A DNA stretch of 64,000 bases from Macrostomum hystrix (lineage: Eukaryota; Animalia; Platyhelminthes), in the NCBI GenBank assembly GCA_950097015.1, contig CATNEN010000002.1, positions 4,526,001 through 4,590,000 of the forward strand, read 5' to 3'. Position numbers and translations under genes: made by a program. A model generated the notes under the pieces. That model worked only from the letters and a program-made list of their open reading frames with translations. It was not told the DNA's origin and did no database searches. Of this stretch, positions 1-12,400 are shown one piece after another (positions within the stretch are counted from its first letter, which is position 1; each line of letters begins with the position of its first letter).

Positions 1-295
1 CCCATTGTTTAACCAAATTAAAAATCCCATTGTTTAACCAAATTAAAAATCCCATTCTTAAACCAAATTAAAAATCCCATTCTTTAACCAAACTAAAAAT
101 CCCATTCTTTAACCAGACTAAAAATCCCATTGTTTAACCAAATTAAAAATCCCATTCTTTAACCAAATTAAAAATCCAATTCTTTAACCAAATTAAAAAT
201 CCCATTCTTTAACCAAATTAAAAATCCAATTCTTTAACCAAATTGAAAATCCCATTCTTTAACCTAACTAAAATCCCATTCGTTAACCCAACTAA
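1..295. repeat. 25-bp tandem repeat (CCCATTCTTTAACCAAATTAAAAAT), runs off the window start
   Basis: About 11-12 near-identical units visible from position 1. Confidence 0.95.
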
Positions 296-722
296 AAATA
301 TTGTTCTCACTTTTAAGTCTCATTCTAAAGCAAGGCCAAAAATAATATAAAATAACATAGGTGTCGCGAACACCAAGATCCAAACACAGAAAATTCAAAA
401 CGCACCACCATTGCATTGCCAAGCAAAGCAAGTTACTTTTAAAAATGATCGGAAAAAAGCAAAAGCAACAGAAAACCTGATTATGGTTTATGAAATAAAA
501 AATATACAAATAAAATAACAGATGAATAAAATGTCAATAAATATGAATAAAATATGATTTTACACAGCCATTTTTATCACAAAAGAGCTATAGTACAGAG
601 TGTACAAATGTGGTAATAAAAGTACATTTATTGCAAACAAAAGTACATCTAGCGATTTCCAACTTATGTAAAATACTTGCATCCCAGCAGCTGTGCCGTG
701 ACATCAGGATCATCTAAGCTGG

Positions 723-3700
723 TCAAACTTCCTCCTTGTGCGAAGTCAGCCTTGTGGCAGCCTGGCTTGGCAACAGCGGCAGTCGAGCCCTTGAAGATCT
801 GCCCAGCACGCCAGCCGGCGAAGGCGACGGCGATTCTAGGCGACCGCGCGACAGTCGCGATCCGCCAAAGCCGCCGCTGGAGGATGATGGACGCAGGGTG
901 TCAAACAGACTAGGCGCCGACACTCCAGACGATCGCCTGGTGGACAGAAGCCGGTCTCGCCGATCGCCGATTGGCAGGCCGGCCTGCAGTCTGGCGTTGT
1001 CCTGCAGCGAGAACACCGACGGAAATGGAGTCTCCTGCGGTGTTGGCAAACGCGACGTCGACGACATGACGGGAAAGTACACCGGCTCCCTGGGACCGCC
1101 GTAGGAGCTGGTGCAGCCGCTGCTAGTCATGGAGATGCCGGGCAGTATGGCCCGGTGTCCAGTTCGACTATTTTCTCCAGCCAATAGCAATGAAGCGCTT
1201 TGAACTAGCTCGCGCCTGATTAGTTGCGGATGAGGGAATTCCAAATTTTTGAGTGGGTGGTTTTCTTTGCTATTTTTAGAAACACACTCCTTCCTATGCG
1301 TATTTAATTGACCAAATTATATTAAAAAATGAAAATACCGATTTACTATGGATATACTCGCTCGCACCGGCGGGACACAACGCCTGTGAGGTATTTGTCA
1401 GTCCAGGCCCACGGGCTAAGGTCTGCGATGCCTCACACCTGCAGTCGCTTTTTGTGCAGGCTTGGCAGGAAGGAGCCCTGTGCCTCGGGTGCAGGAATCC
1501 CTCCACGCTGTTACGTCAGCTGACCCATGGGTACACGTCCCGAGAGTGTTCAAGGCTGACCCTAGGGCAGCCGGACAGAATGGGCAGCAGCGCTGGATGG
1601 CCAAATTGGGTACCTCTAGCCCTGGCTGGAGGGAAAGATGTCACCCTTTGTCCTCAACAGGGTATGCGGCCAGTCCGCAGCTTTCGTGCACCTGTGCGTG
1701 ATCAGGTACCTCTGGCTACGGCTCTGAGGGAAGGGTGTCACCCTTTGACCTTAACAGGGTATGCGGCCAGTCCGCAGCGTTCGTGCACCTGTGCGTGATC
1801 AGGTACCTCTTACCTCTTACCAGCCGCTTAGGCTTTACGGTAAGTAAATTTCCTTCTGTAAGCAAACCAAATGCCTAGGGATCACCCTGGACCATAGGCT
1901 GAACTGGTCTCCCCATGTTCAAACCAAAACCAAGAGGGCCCTCGCGATCCTCGCGCAGCTGCGAAGGGCAGTTGGCACCACCTGGGGGCTCACCCCCAAG
2001 CGCCTCTGGTGGATCTTGGGGTAATGGTCAGGCCAGCTGTCTCGTACGGCAGCTTGATCTGGGCCAGCGCCCTGCAGATGAAGACCTGCCTGGAGGCACT
2101 TAGGAAAACGCAAGGGCGCGCTTGTCGCATGACCATGAGTGCCCCATCGTCTGCTCCTTATGACGGCCTCAATGCCTTCCTCGACGCTCCCCGTTGGACA
2201 TTTTTGTCCGCAGGGAAGCCGCTAAAACAGCGCGTCGGCTCATTGACGCCGGCGTCCGCTTCACGCACCAAAGAGCAATGGCAAAGCGCAAACTTCTGCC
2301 TCACACCGATCTGTGCCTTCGAGACTTGAAAGATAGCGGCGGACTCTACGTCTTATCTGACGGCGAACCACGCACTCTCAATCTCACCCAGCGCTACAAA
2401 ATCATTATTCCCTCGAGGGAAGACGCTATCGACCACTGGAACCACCAGGAGGTCCACAGCTATACGGACGGATCCCTTAAAGACGGCCTTACCGGCTTTG
2501 GGGTCTGCATCCTGATCGTCGTCGCCACGCATGCCCAACATACTGGGAGACTTTCTACGGTCTTCCAGAATGATATCCTTGCCATCAGCTCCTGTGCCGC
2601 AGAGCTGAATGCCAGGAATACGAGAGGAGAGACTATCATCATCCACATCCACCAAGCGGCCTTACAAAGCCCTTTGCCGCACCACCACGTGCTCCCAGAC
2701 AGTCGCTGACTGTGTTTGGCAACTCAACCTCCTGGCCCGTAGCAACACGGTCAGGCTGAGCTGGATCCCAGGGCATGCGGGCTTCCCAGGGAACGAGCGG
2801 ATACCCTTGCCAAGCAAGGTGGCTCTGGCTCTCTCCTGGGCCCTGCTCCCCTGATCCCGATCCCCATCACGGCCATCAATCGCCTTTTTGATGACTGGGC
2901 TGAGTCGCTCCACAGGGACAGATGGGCGGGCACCCAGAACTGTCGGCAATCCCGTGCCGCAGTTCCGAGCCCGTCTCGCAGGCTTAGGAACATACTTTTG
3001 AACCAAAACCGGAAGGATATCCGCGCCCTCGCCATGACCCTCACGGGCCACGGCTACCTCGCTAGGCACTGTTTCCTCCGGGGCGACCTTGAGAGTGAAC
3101 TCTGTCCATTCTGTGAGTACGACAACGAAGATGCTGAGCATTTTGTGTGTCATTGCCCTTTCTTTAACAGAGACCGGCTACGCAACCTCGGGCCCAACCT
3201 GTCTATGGACGAGATCTGCCAGCCCGACAGCATTCCACGGCTCGTCCAGTTCCTCCGGGCAACAAGACGAGCCACGTTCTTCCCTACGGAAGACAACGCT
3301 GCAGGACGGACCGGCGGACCACCCTGACCGGCCCCGCGCCCTTGCCTGTCTGCGGGCCTACAGGGGTTAGCGGTATGGGCGATCCTCGCCTCCCCGCTGC
3401 GTCCATGGACCACCCTGCAGCTAAGTCAAGTAAGTCAAAATGAATATATTCGTGGATGGGTGGAAATTACTCATTTCGATTAATTCTTAACAATATCGAT
3501 TTTAAAATTAACAATATAGACGTAATTTAAATAGATAAGTCTTGCTTAAATATACCTTTAGTCCCGAGAATCCAAAGCTCTATAAAGCTGCTTCAAAGCA
3601 CGCAGAACGGAAATTAAGGAAATTTAGAAAACGATAGTTTTTTGTAATTCTCGTTACTTATCTAAACGCTGGTGCACTGATAAGGCACAAACTTCAGCCA

Positions 3701-6167
3701 GCGCAAATGTAAAAAATCTTATTTTCTCTCTGCGCTATTTCTAACTATGTGAAGGCGAATGCCTTCATATTGAATCGGACAATGCTCAGAGAGACACAAG
3801 AGACAGAAAATCATTTTAGAACAATGCTATTCATGGCATACAAATTTTGTGCACAGAAATGCAACACAAAAAACCTCTAGTGTAAGTGGATAGAAAACTG
3901 ACACTTTAAAAGGCAGACAAAAGCAAAGCTACAAGCCTGCTTATTTTAATAAATTGAGAAAGAGCAACAATCCAAATACACCACAAAACAATCCAAATAC
4001 ACCACAAAACAATCCAAATACACCATAAAACAATCCAAATACACCACAAAACAATCCAAATACACCATAAAACAATCCAAATACACCATAAAACAATCCA
4101 AATACACCACAAAACAATCCGATTACACGACAAAACAATCCGATTACACCACAAAACAATCCAAATACACCATAAAACAATCCAAATACACCACAAAACA
4201 ATCCAAATACACCATAAAACAATCCAAATACACCACAAAACAATCCAAATACACCATAAAACAATCCAAATACACCACAAAACAATCCAAATACACCATA
4301 AAACAATCCAAATACACCATAAAACAATCCAAATACACCACAAAACAATCCAAATACACCATAAAACAATCCAAATACACTAGAAAACAATCCAAATACA
4401 CTAGAAACAATCCAAATACACCAGAAAGCAATCGAAGGACACAAGATTTTATAGAAGTACACGCCTAAGCATCTCAAAAAGAAACGTTTTTACACTCACG
4501 GTGGAGCCTGCAAAGTACCCGGCTGGCTATAGCCGGCAGCCCAGGAGGTCGCATTGGCAGCACCGCTGACCCCGGTGCCCTGCAGGTAGCGCAGGTTGGC
4601 TGCCAGCTGTTTTCGACGGCGCCTACGCGCTGAAGCCGCGCCAAACGGCAGCGCGCTAATTAGGCGCATCCGACGCCGCTGACGACCGGCGCCCCCGTCA
4701 ACCGTGTCGTTTTCTGAGTCAATCTCCACCGACAGCTGATCGGGTCGATCAGCGCTGGCTTTCACCTGCGTTTACAAGATTGATTGGATAATTAAAATAA
4801 CAAACCAGAGTTGGTGGTTTCAGGATCCTGAAATCGATGGGATTCTTGAACCTAATTGTGTGATTGCACCTGTCCCGGGTGGGCAGCTGACAGCACAGAC
4901 TGAGCTATTGTCCGGCGGTGTCCATGAACTGTGGGGATGCCACGCCTACACTCGATTATCCCTGCTGATGTTGGTGCCAAACTAACAGTAGGACTACCAA
5001 GCCATTTTATCGCCAAATTTTACACCAAGGGTTCGGAAATCCCCCTGATTGGATAACAAACTAGGCGAGGGTGTCCTGTGCTTGAGCTGCGCCTAATATT
5101 TAGGCTTGATCAGTGAAATTGGAGAAATTCGCGTCAGGGTGTCCATAGTGGCTTAGTTGCACCTGTTGTAGCCATTGAAGGTCCAGCAGTCTGTCTAGAT
5201 AAAGGTATGTGAACACCGAAGACGGAGATGATGCAGGCACATTCGGGTGACATGCTGATAAATTTTTAAGGCCTGGCAAGGCTGCACTTAAGTGCTAATT
5301 TGTGCTATTGGGTGTATCAAATGCACTGTATCTTATGGGAAAAATCAGACCTTTGATCAGAACCAATAAATAACTCGACAGTGTGAAGAGCTGGCGACTT
5401 TCAGAAGATTCTTGTTTCAGAAGATGCGCAATAAAAAGTTATTTTTGAGTTTGAGTTGTTCCGTTCGGCTGCAGCACAAAAATGGTCAGAGGGGATTTGC
5501 CCAAAAAAGCTTGGTAGTTCACTGTTATCAGCTGAGTGAACTGAAGCAATACAGAGTACAGCGTCTTGCTAAAGGACACATAGTAGTTCCAGTTGAGTCG
5601 GGAATCGAATCGTCCGACCTTCAAGTTGTGGCTCTAAACACTTATTTATAGCGGACACGAATTTGAAACCAGATTTAGATGAACAATTCTCACCCTATGC
5701 CGCACATAGTCGAACAGGCCTTTGCCAATGAGCACTAGACCGACGCCAACAATGATTGGACCAATCCAAACTGGGCCGTGGTGTCCCAGTCCCGTAGCCA
5801 GCAGGGTCAACACGCCGACTCCGCATAAAATGGCTCCAAATAGAAGGTAGAATCTGCCCGCCTCAGACCAGCGAATTCCGCAGCAGAATGAACCGGGTAC
5901 AGTCCTGGGACTACTATTACTGCTGCTATTGTTGTTGTGATTATTGTAAGAGTAGTTAGTAGACAGGGTGCCAACTCTGGAGGAATAACCAGATGGCTGG
6001 CGTTTCACAATGAGCAGTGAGGCTGGCTGAGATGGATAAACTGGCTTTGGAGCCTGCGGTCTGTAATGCCGGTAGCTGGCACTGCCGCCAGCACAGCCAC
6101 CAGACACTGGGGCCACAGCAGCAACAACCGTGGTGGCTGATACTGGCTGTCTACGCTGCTGCGACAT
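723..6167 (-). CDS. Unknown 410-aa membrane protein with two adjacent hydrophobic helices and long Ser/Arg/Pro-rich tails; 3 exons
   Basis: Exons 6167-5694, 4765-4500 and 1215-723 join through canonical GT-AG sites in matching phases (0, 2), 1233 nt in total. Hydrophobic segments are FYLLFGAILCGVGVLTLLATGL and VWIGPIIVGVGLVLIGKGLF. An AATAAA lies on the minus strand at 627-632. Confidence 0.75.
1338..1816 (+). mobile_element. Unclassified GC-rich insert, probably the 3' end of a retroelement, with a duplicated 85-bp terminal module and a TACCTCT-repeat tail
   Basis: GC-rich block in AT-rich intron DNA. Direct repeats at 1629-1713 and 1726-1810; GGTACCTCT at 1609, 1705 and 1802, followed by TACCTCTTACC. 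Confidence 0.45.
1817..3436 (+). mobile_element. 5'-truncated, frameshifted non-LTR retrotransposon with RNase H (LOA/R1/I-group-like)
   Basis: RT end KCLGITLDHRLNWSPH...TWGLTPKRLWWI...VRPAVSYGSLIW; RNase H motifs YTDGS, STVFQ and WIPGHAGFPGNER; CCHC-like LTGHGYLARH...CPFC...EDAEHFVCHCP; short tandem tail TAAGTCAAGTAAGTC. Several frameshifts and stops. Confidence 0.9.
3966..4423. repeat. 21-bp tandem repeat (AAAACAATCCAAATACACCAY), intronic
   Basis: About 21 units; explains the WCIWIVL-type repetitive ORFs. Confidence 0.95.
4853..5640 (-). mobile_element. tRNA/CORE-like SINE copy split in two (4853-4985 and 5525-5640) by a TIR element
   Basis: Both parts match the reverse complement of the 14345 SINE and rejoin at its CCCATTTAACAGCTG site. 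Confidence 0.75.
4986..5524 (+). mobile_element. Non-autonomous DNA transposon (family A), about 540 bp, TIR CAGTAGGACTACCAAGC / GCTTGGTAGTTCACTG, probable TTAA (or TA) target duplication
   Basis: Imperfect TIRs, flanked by CTAA and TTAT. Homologous copies lie at 24263-24881 and 43912-44489. Confidence 0.75.
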
Positions 6168-6581
6168 TGTACTTTTAATGTTATGGTAGTGCTCTCATGG
6201 TGTTCTTATTGTTGTTTGTTTACTAGCTGATTAAGACAATCTATAAAATCTAGATATACAAGATGCATGAAATTGTGAAAACTGAAAAAAATTAATCTGT
6301 TGACAAGGTGATTTATAATCGTAAAATCAAAACTAAAGTAGGAATGAGATAAACTAAGAATAATAATAATGACCATTTATTGTTATGCAACCCTAGATGC
6401 TAGTCAGTCATTACGAATAGGATTTAATATAATTTTAATATAATGTATAAAAAAAGAGATAAAATTGTATCTCCTATCAAAATTGAAACAATAGATGGTA
6501 TCTATATAGGGCATGTTGTCAAATATATGTATAAAACTTACAATATATAAATGAGATTGATGTCAACTATATAAAAGGAGG

Positions 6582-7027
6582 TGGGCTTCTTGAACTTTGA
6601 TCCTATAAAATACTTAATGTTTTCCAATTGCCTTGAAACTTCACTTAGGTTGTTGACTATCTTTTTTAGTCAAAAAAACTATCAGGGTAGAGTGGTGAAA
6701 GGTGACAATATTTGGTGTGGTGGACTAGGCACACACAGGTAGAAAGAGTCTCAAAGGTTCCCTTGAATCTATTGAAGATTAATCCAAGATTCCTATTTAT
6801 TTGCCATTATCCCACAAAAAAGCACCCAACATTTTCTTCCAAAAAGTTATAATTCCTAGTATGCCACAAGGCGTGGTCATACTGTGCTATTCCATAGAAA
6901 GTGATTGTAGATAGAACAAAATGGTTTTCTTTTGTGAACTCAGCACCCTCAAAAACATTTTTAGACATGGAGATATTCACCTACTAAAACTAAAACTATT
7001 TTGTAGGAATAAAGTTCAAGAAGCCCA
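6582..7027. mobile_element. Putative MITE with a perfect 17-bp terminal inverted repeat (TGGGCTTCTTGAACTTT)
   Basis: 6582-6598 is the exact reverse complement of 7011-7027. No clear TSD. Confidence 0.4.
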
Positions 7028-8732
7028 ATGAGGTTTACTAATTCATATTTTCTAAATATTTCTAAGAAATCCTTGATTATAGCTAAAATTATATATTCAT
7101 CAATATCATATTAAGCTTATGAAGTGTTTTTTCAGCTTATATAATTAAACATATATAAATGGACTCTGGTTTGTTATAATTATAATCGAATTTCGTAACA
7201 GCCATTTTGTAAACAACCATGTTGGTCAAAAAATTAATGACTGACTATCAGTTACAATATAGGGCCTAATAACTTTAACTCTTTACAATTGGGTAGGCCT
7301 AATATTTCACACACAAAATATTCTAGTTTAGCTTTGTGAATATTGTTTTCTATTCTGTCTGTCTCTGTTAAAACTTATTTATATAAACACGTATGAATTG
7401 AAAGCACACCTTTGCACTTTCTAATCACTTTCTACACTAGCCATAATTTTTAAATTGTGATCATATGGATCTAGGAAATAAAAAACTAGCTCAGCATACT
7501 CAAACTAATAAATTTGAAAAGTGCCTAGTTCAAAAAATAATAATAATGCAACATTAAGCTTTTTGACATAAAAACTGTATGTAGCTAAATAGATAACAGA
7601 TATAACAGATAAATTGCTTCCAAAATGGTTGTTACCAACTGATACTGGCTGTTAGCGTTAGTGTTACCCTGGTTAGGAGTAGGGCAACTTATTTAAATTG
7701 AAGAATAAGAGTAATGTTGGAATCATCATTTGGAAAAAGATACGCCTTTTGCCATTTTAAGGATACCTGTCTCCCGTCTTAAACATAGGCCTACTACATA
7801 GTGCATAGGCCTAGCTATGGGCTACTGCTCAGGCTGCTTTAGAAATTAGAGTTCAGTGCTTATAAAGGGAATAAAAGTATTTCGTGAGGTTTAGCGATGA
7901 AAAATGGACACGGACAATTAATCTTCTTTGCTAAAGCACGATATAAAATAAGTTTAATACGAAGATTTCTTCTACCTGATAACAATCATAATATGCATTT
8001 TCGAATAATAAATTTGACTGGTTTTATTTACCGATAATAAAGGGATTTGAGTAGTTGCCTAAGACAAATAGGAACCTTAAAAAGTAAGTAAACCGTTAGA
8101 AAAAAGCGTTTTTTGTACAGTATCTTTAGTAATCAAAAGCCTTGCAGAGCACGATGATCTATTTTAATTGTATGTTTTTAAATATTTTGTTATAACGTAT
8201 TTTCGGCTTTAAGGCTTACTGCCGACAGATTTTGCTGTACACTGAAAAATGACATTATAATTTATACAAAACGCAGTTATAACCGTTGATCAAACGTTCA
8301 AATGTACCGAAAAATGAGTGCGAATGAATGGGAAGCGCAATTATTGCACATTAAATTAGCAAACTAAACAGCTGTGGCTGTCACTGGCTGCAGTATTACA
8401 TCGGACCCAAGGTGCAGTTGGCGCTTCTTTGGGGGCCAGGAGCGTGCGGCTAGTTCACATTTTCATTAGGACATATATCTTTTAATTGTATTCGAAATCA
8501 GCAGGGGCGCCACTATTTCAGAGTGCGCCGGCAAATTAATTATGTAATGTACGTAGAAATAATGTTGGAGCCGCCAACACATAAGGTCGGGGGGCGGACG
8601 CGCCTCAATGTCTGTAGCTATTGAATTTAATTTAAGATGGCACAAGATAAGAAGATAATATGATATTAAGATAGGATATAAAGATACTGTTCTTTAGGAT
8701 ATCAATATATAGCATGACAGTACGACGTATTT

Positions 8733-8820
8733 TAGGAGCCGGCGGTATAGCCGCTGCTAGTTATGGAGATGCCGGGCAGTAAAACCCGCTGTCCAGTTCG
8801 ACTTTTTTCTCCAGCCAATA
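8733..8820 (-). pseudogene. Decayed duplicate fragment of exon 3 of the two-TM gene
   Basis: Roughly 85% identical to 1102-1186 (LAGEKSRTGQRVLLPGISITSSGY vs LAGENSRTGHRAILPGISMTSSGC) and ends in a stop. Confidence 0.65.
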
Positions 8821-8824
8821 TGTG

Positions 8825-8960
8825 ATGTGACAGGGGAGAGATGGGACAGGGGGGATGAGACTGGGGAGAGATGGGACAGGGGGGGTGAGACTGGGGAGAG
8901 ATGGGACAGGGGGGATGAGACTGCAGGGAGAGATGAGATAGGGGAGGGAATGAGATAGGT
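8825..8960. repeat. G-rich 30-bp minisatellite (GGGAGAGATGGGACAGGGGGGATGAGACTG)
   Basis: About 3 units plus a degenerate tail. Confidence 0.8.
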
Positions 8961-9427
8961 GAGAGATAGGACATAAAAGAGATAAGGCTGTGAATAGTGC
9001 TTTTAGAATCTATAATTTTAAACAAACTGAATGGAAATGAATTTCAGTTAAGCGTCGAATGTTCAACGAAATGGCCGATTCATAGATCCGGGATAATATA
9101 AGCTTGGCTACAAAAATATGCCACTGTGTTGCATGTGACAGGCCGCCTCTATGGAGTCCGTCCTCATTGGTCATGACGTGGGATGCGGAAAATATACAAA
9201 GGAAATATGTTCTATGCATAGGATTCAGGACCAGGTAGGAAAAGGAGACAGAAGTGGAGAGTGCATTGCAAGCAGCCGCACCGGGACCTGTCTTCGTACT
9301 TTGGTGCAGACAAAGTCAAGATATAGTTTTGCATTTTGCTTCGAACAGAAGCCAAACTGCAGTATAGAATAGGCCAACTTTTGTATCTTCAAACTGCACG
9401 TTCAGCAATCCGGCAAATTGCGGAAAG

Positions 9428-12400
9428 ATGCGGATTAACAACAAATGGACCAATTGTCAAGGCCTAGTTCGAACAGATTGTCTGCTGATGGCTTTTGTGC
9501 TGCTGACTGCAGCTTCTTGCGGTGAGTGCTGAATTCTGAATTTGTTATTTTATTTTCAAATGCAAAAACTGCAAATGCTAACACTGCAAAGGCCATAGTA
9601 GTTTTCAGCAGCTAGTATAAAATATTTCAGTAGCTAAGGACATCAGTAGCTAACAAACACAGTAGCTAAGGACATCAGTAGCTAAGGACATCAGTAGCTA
9701 AGGACATCAGTAGCTAAGGACATCAGTAGCTAAGGACATCAGTAGCTAAGGACATCAGTAGCTAAGGACATCAGTAGCTAAGGACATCAGTAGCTAAGGA
9801 CATCAGTAGCTAAGGACATCAGTAGCTAAGGACATCAGTAGCTAAGGACATCAGTAGCTAAGGACATCAGTAGCTAAGGACATCAGTAGCTAAGGACATC
9901 AGTAGCTAAGGACATCAGTAGCTAAGGACATCAGTAGCTAAGGACATCAGTAGCTAAGGACATCAGTAGCTAAGGACATCAGTAGCTAAGGACATCAGTA
10001 GCTAAGGACATCAGTAGCTAAGGACATCAGTAGCTAAGGACATCAGTAGCTAAGGGTGCCAGATTAATATCCAGAAAAATTAACGACACTGACACTAGCT
10101 AAGGTGTCAAACAGTTTTCAATCTTCGCAAATTAGCATCTGCTTATGGTTAGCTCTTACCTATTGCGCGATGGAAACTGTCCATCACTAGGCAGGTGTCA
10201 AGTGAGGTCTTCGATTGAATTTGTAAATGATTTACCCGAAATATATTTCTCCCTTGGATTACGTCGTGAACTCGAGTCTTATATCTTAGCATCAGAAGAC
10301 AGTTGGAATCTTAAAAAAATCAAAGAGAATAGAAGGTGCCTTTGAGTTATGTCAATTTTAAGGACCAAATTAGCTGCCCTCCCTTCAATTTTCTACCTGA
10401 AGACTATACTCGGATGCTTCAAAAAATGTTCTTTTACTTTCCTACTTCGAAGTCTTCAAGCAGCATGTGTGTGTTTTTCCCCCAAGATTAGACATGGCTT
10501 AGCGCTAACAATATATTCTCAACTCAACCTTAAGAACACTAGCTTTTCTATTGAGGTCCTGAGAAGCTAAGGACCCTCTGTAGCTAAGGATCTCCGTATC
10601 TAGGGATCTCCGTAGCTAGGGATCTCCGTAGCTAGGGATCTCCGTAGCTAGGGATCTCCGTATCTAGGGATCTCCGTAGCTAGGGATCTCCGTAGCTAAG
10701 GATCTCCGTATCTAGGGATCTCCGTAGCTAGGGATCTCCGTATCTAGGGATCTCCGTAGCTAGGGATCTCCGTAGCTAGGGATCTCCGTATCTAGGGATC
10801 TCCGTATCTAGGGATCTCCGTAGCTAGGGATCTCCGTAGCTAAGGACATCAGTAGCTAAGGACCTCAGTAGCTACGTACCTCAGTAGCTTAGGACCTCAG
10901 TAGCTCAGGACATCTGTAGCTAAGGACCTCAGCAGCCAATGACATCAGTAGCTAAGGACCTCAGTAGCTACGTACCTCAGTAGCTTAGGACATCTGTAGC
11001 TAAGGATCTCTATGGCCAAGGATCTCTATGACCAAGGATCTCTATGACCAAGGATCTCTATGGCTAAGGATCTATATGGCTAAGGATCTCTATGGCCAAG
11101 GATCTCAGCAGCCAAAGATCTCAGCAGCCAAAGATTTCAGCAGCTAAGGTGCTGCTTAAACAAGCCTGTTTCAGCTTGAGAATGAATAACCAGGTCCAAA
11201 CGTCCGTTTCAGCAGTCTCGAAGCGCATTTCTATTTGACCTAGATTTGAAGCGGTTGAGACGAATAAACAGACCGAGAAAAAATCAATATGTGGACTTCT
11301 TAGGCAGGAGAAAATGCGCAATTTTCTTGGCAACTGGCACTCGTTTTTCTGGGTCCCAGAGTTTCGCACAACGGCCTCAAGGCGGTATTTTTTACTTTAC
11401 AGTAAACATCCCGGTCGCTATGCGTTTTCCCCACTCTATATCTACCCCTGCCTCACCCCCAACCTCTCTGTTCCCATGAAACTCGAGCGGGCCGTGAAGG
11501 CGGGAAATGAGAATTCGGGGTGTAGTGGCCTAACCAAATTATCGTCTGAGATTCGTTACTTTACCGACTGGTCCGAGTTTCTGACTGGATCAGATCAAAT
11601 CACTCAAATCAGATGGACTCTCTCCTGTGCCGGGTTTGATTACTTTTTTGTTGTTTTTTGTCTTGCTTGAATTGAAATTCGGTTACAAGGAAGTTTTCGA
11701 ATGCTGGGTGCCTGCGCATGAAAAACGCATCGTTGATTTGTGTCCAAGAGTTCGAGACAACGTAAAAACAAAAATCCCACATCCTCAAGGATGCTTCTAA
11801 GCGAAAAATCACCCAAACCTAAACTGCAGCGCAGGTTCATGCAAAGCAAGCTATTCTTGTGAACCCATGCAGGATTGTAAAAAATTGTTGCGACTAGCTA
11901 TGAAAACATAAATAGTCCACAAATATAAACAAAATTTTCGCCCAAGCCAAGGATTTATCTAAGTTTCTGTGGCAGACATCGCGATAGAAAATTGTTGCAT
12001 TTAACCAGTGGTCTAGCTGGTCACTAGTGGGATTTTTTACTAGGGGGTGCCTCTCGGGGCGCCGCTACCTAGGGGGCTCACGTAGGTTAGTCAGGCGATT
12101 AGGGGGGCTCACGTAGGTTAGTCAGGCGATTAGGGGGGCTCACGTAGGTTAGTCAGCTGATTAGGGGGGCTCACGTAGGTTAGTCAGGCGATTAGGGGGG
12201 CTCACGTAGGTTAGTCAGGCGATTAGGGGGGCTCACGTAGGTTAGTCAGGCGATTAGGGGGGCTCACGTAGGTTAGTCAGGCGATTAGGGGGGCTCACGT
12301 AGGTTAGTCAGGCGATTAGGGGGGCTCACGTACGTTAGACAGGCGATTAGGGGGGCTCACGTAGGTTAGACAGCTGATTAGGGGGGGCTCACGTAGGTTA

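Noticed and set aside
1609-1816. Hammerhead or HDV-like ribozyme
   Set aside because: No CTGATGA/GAAA core and no convincing nested double pseudoknot found by eye; left as an open check only.
3906-4477. Long repetitive ORFs (WCIWIVL..., GVFGLF...)
   Set aside because: Translations of a 21-bp intronic tandem repeat, not proteins.
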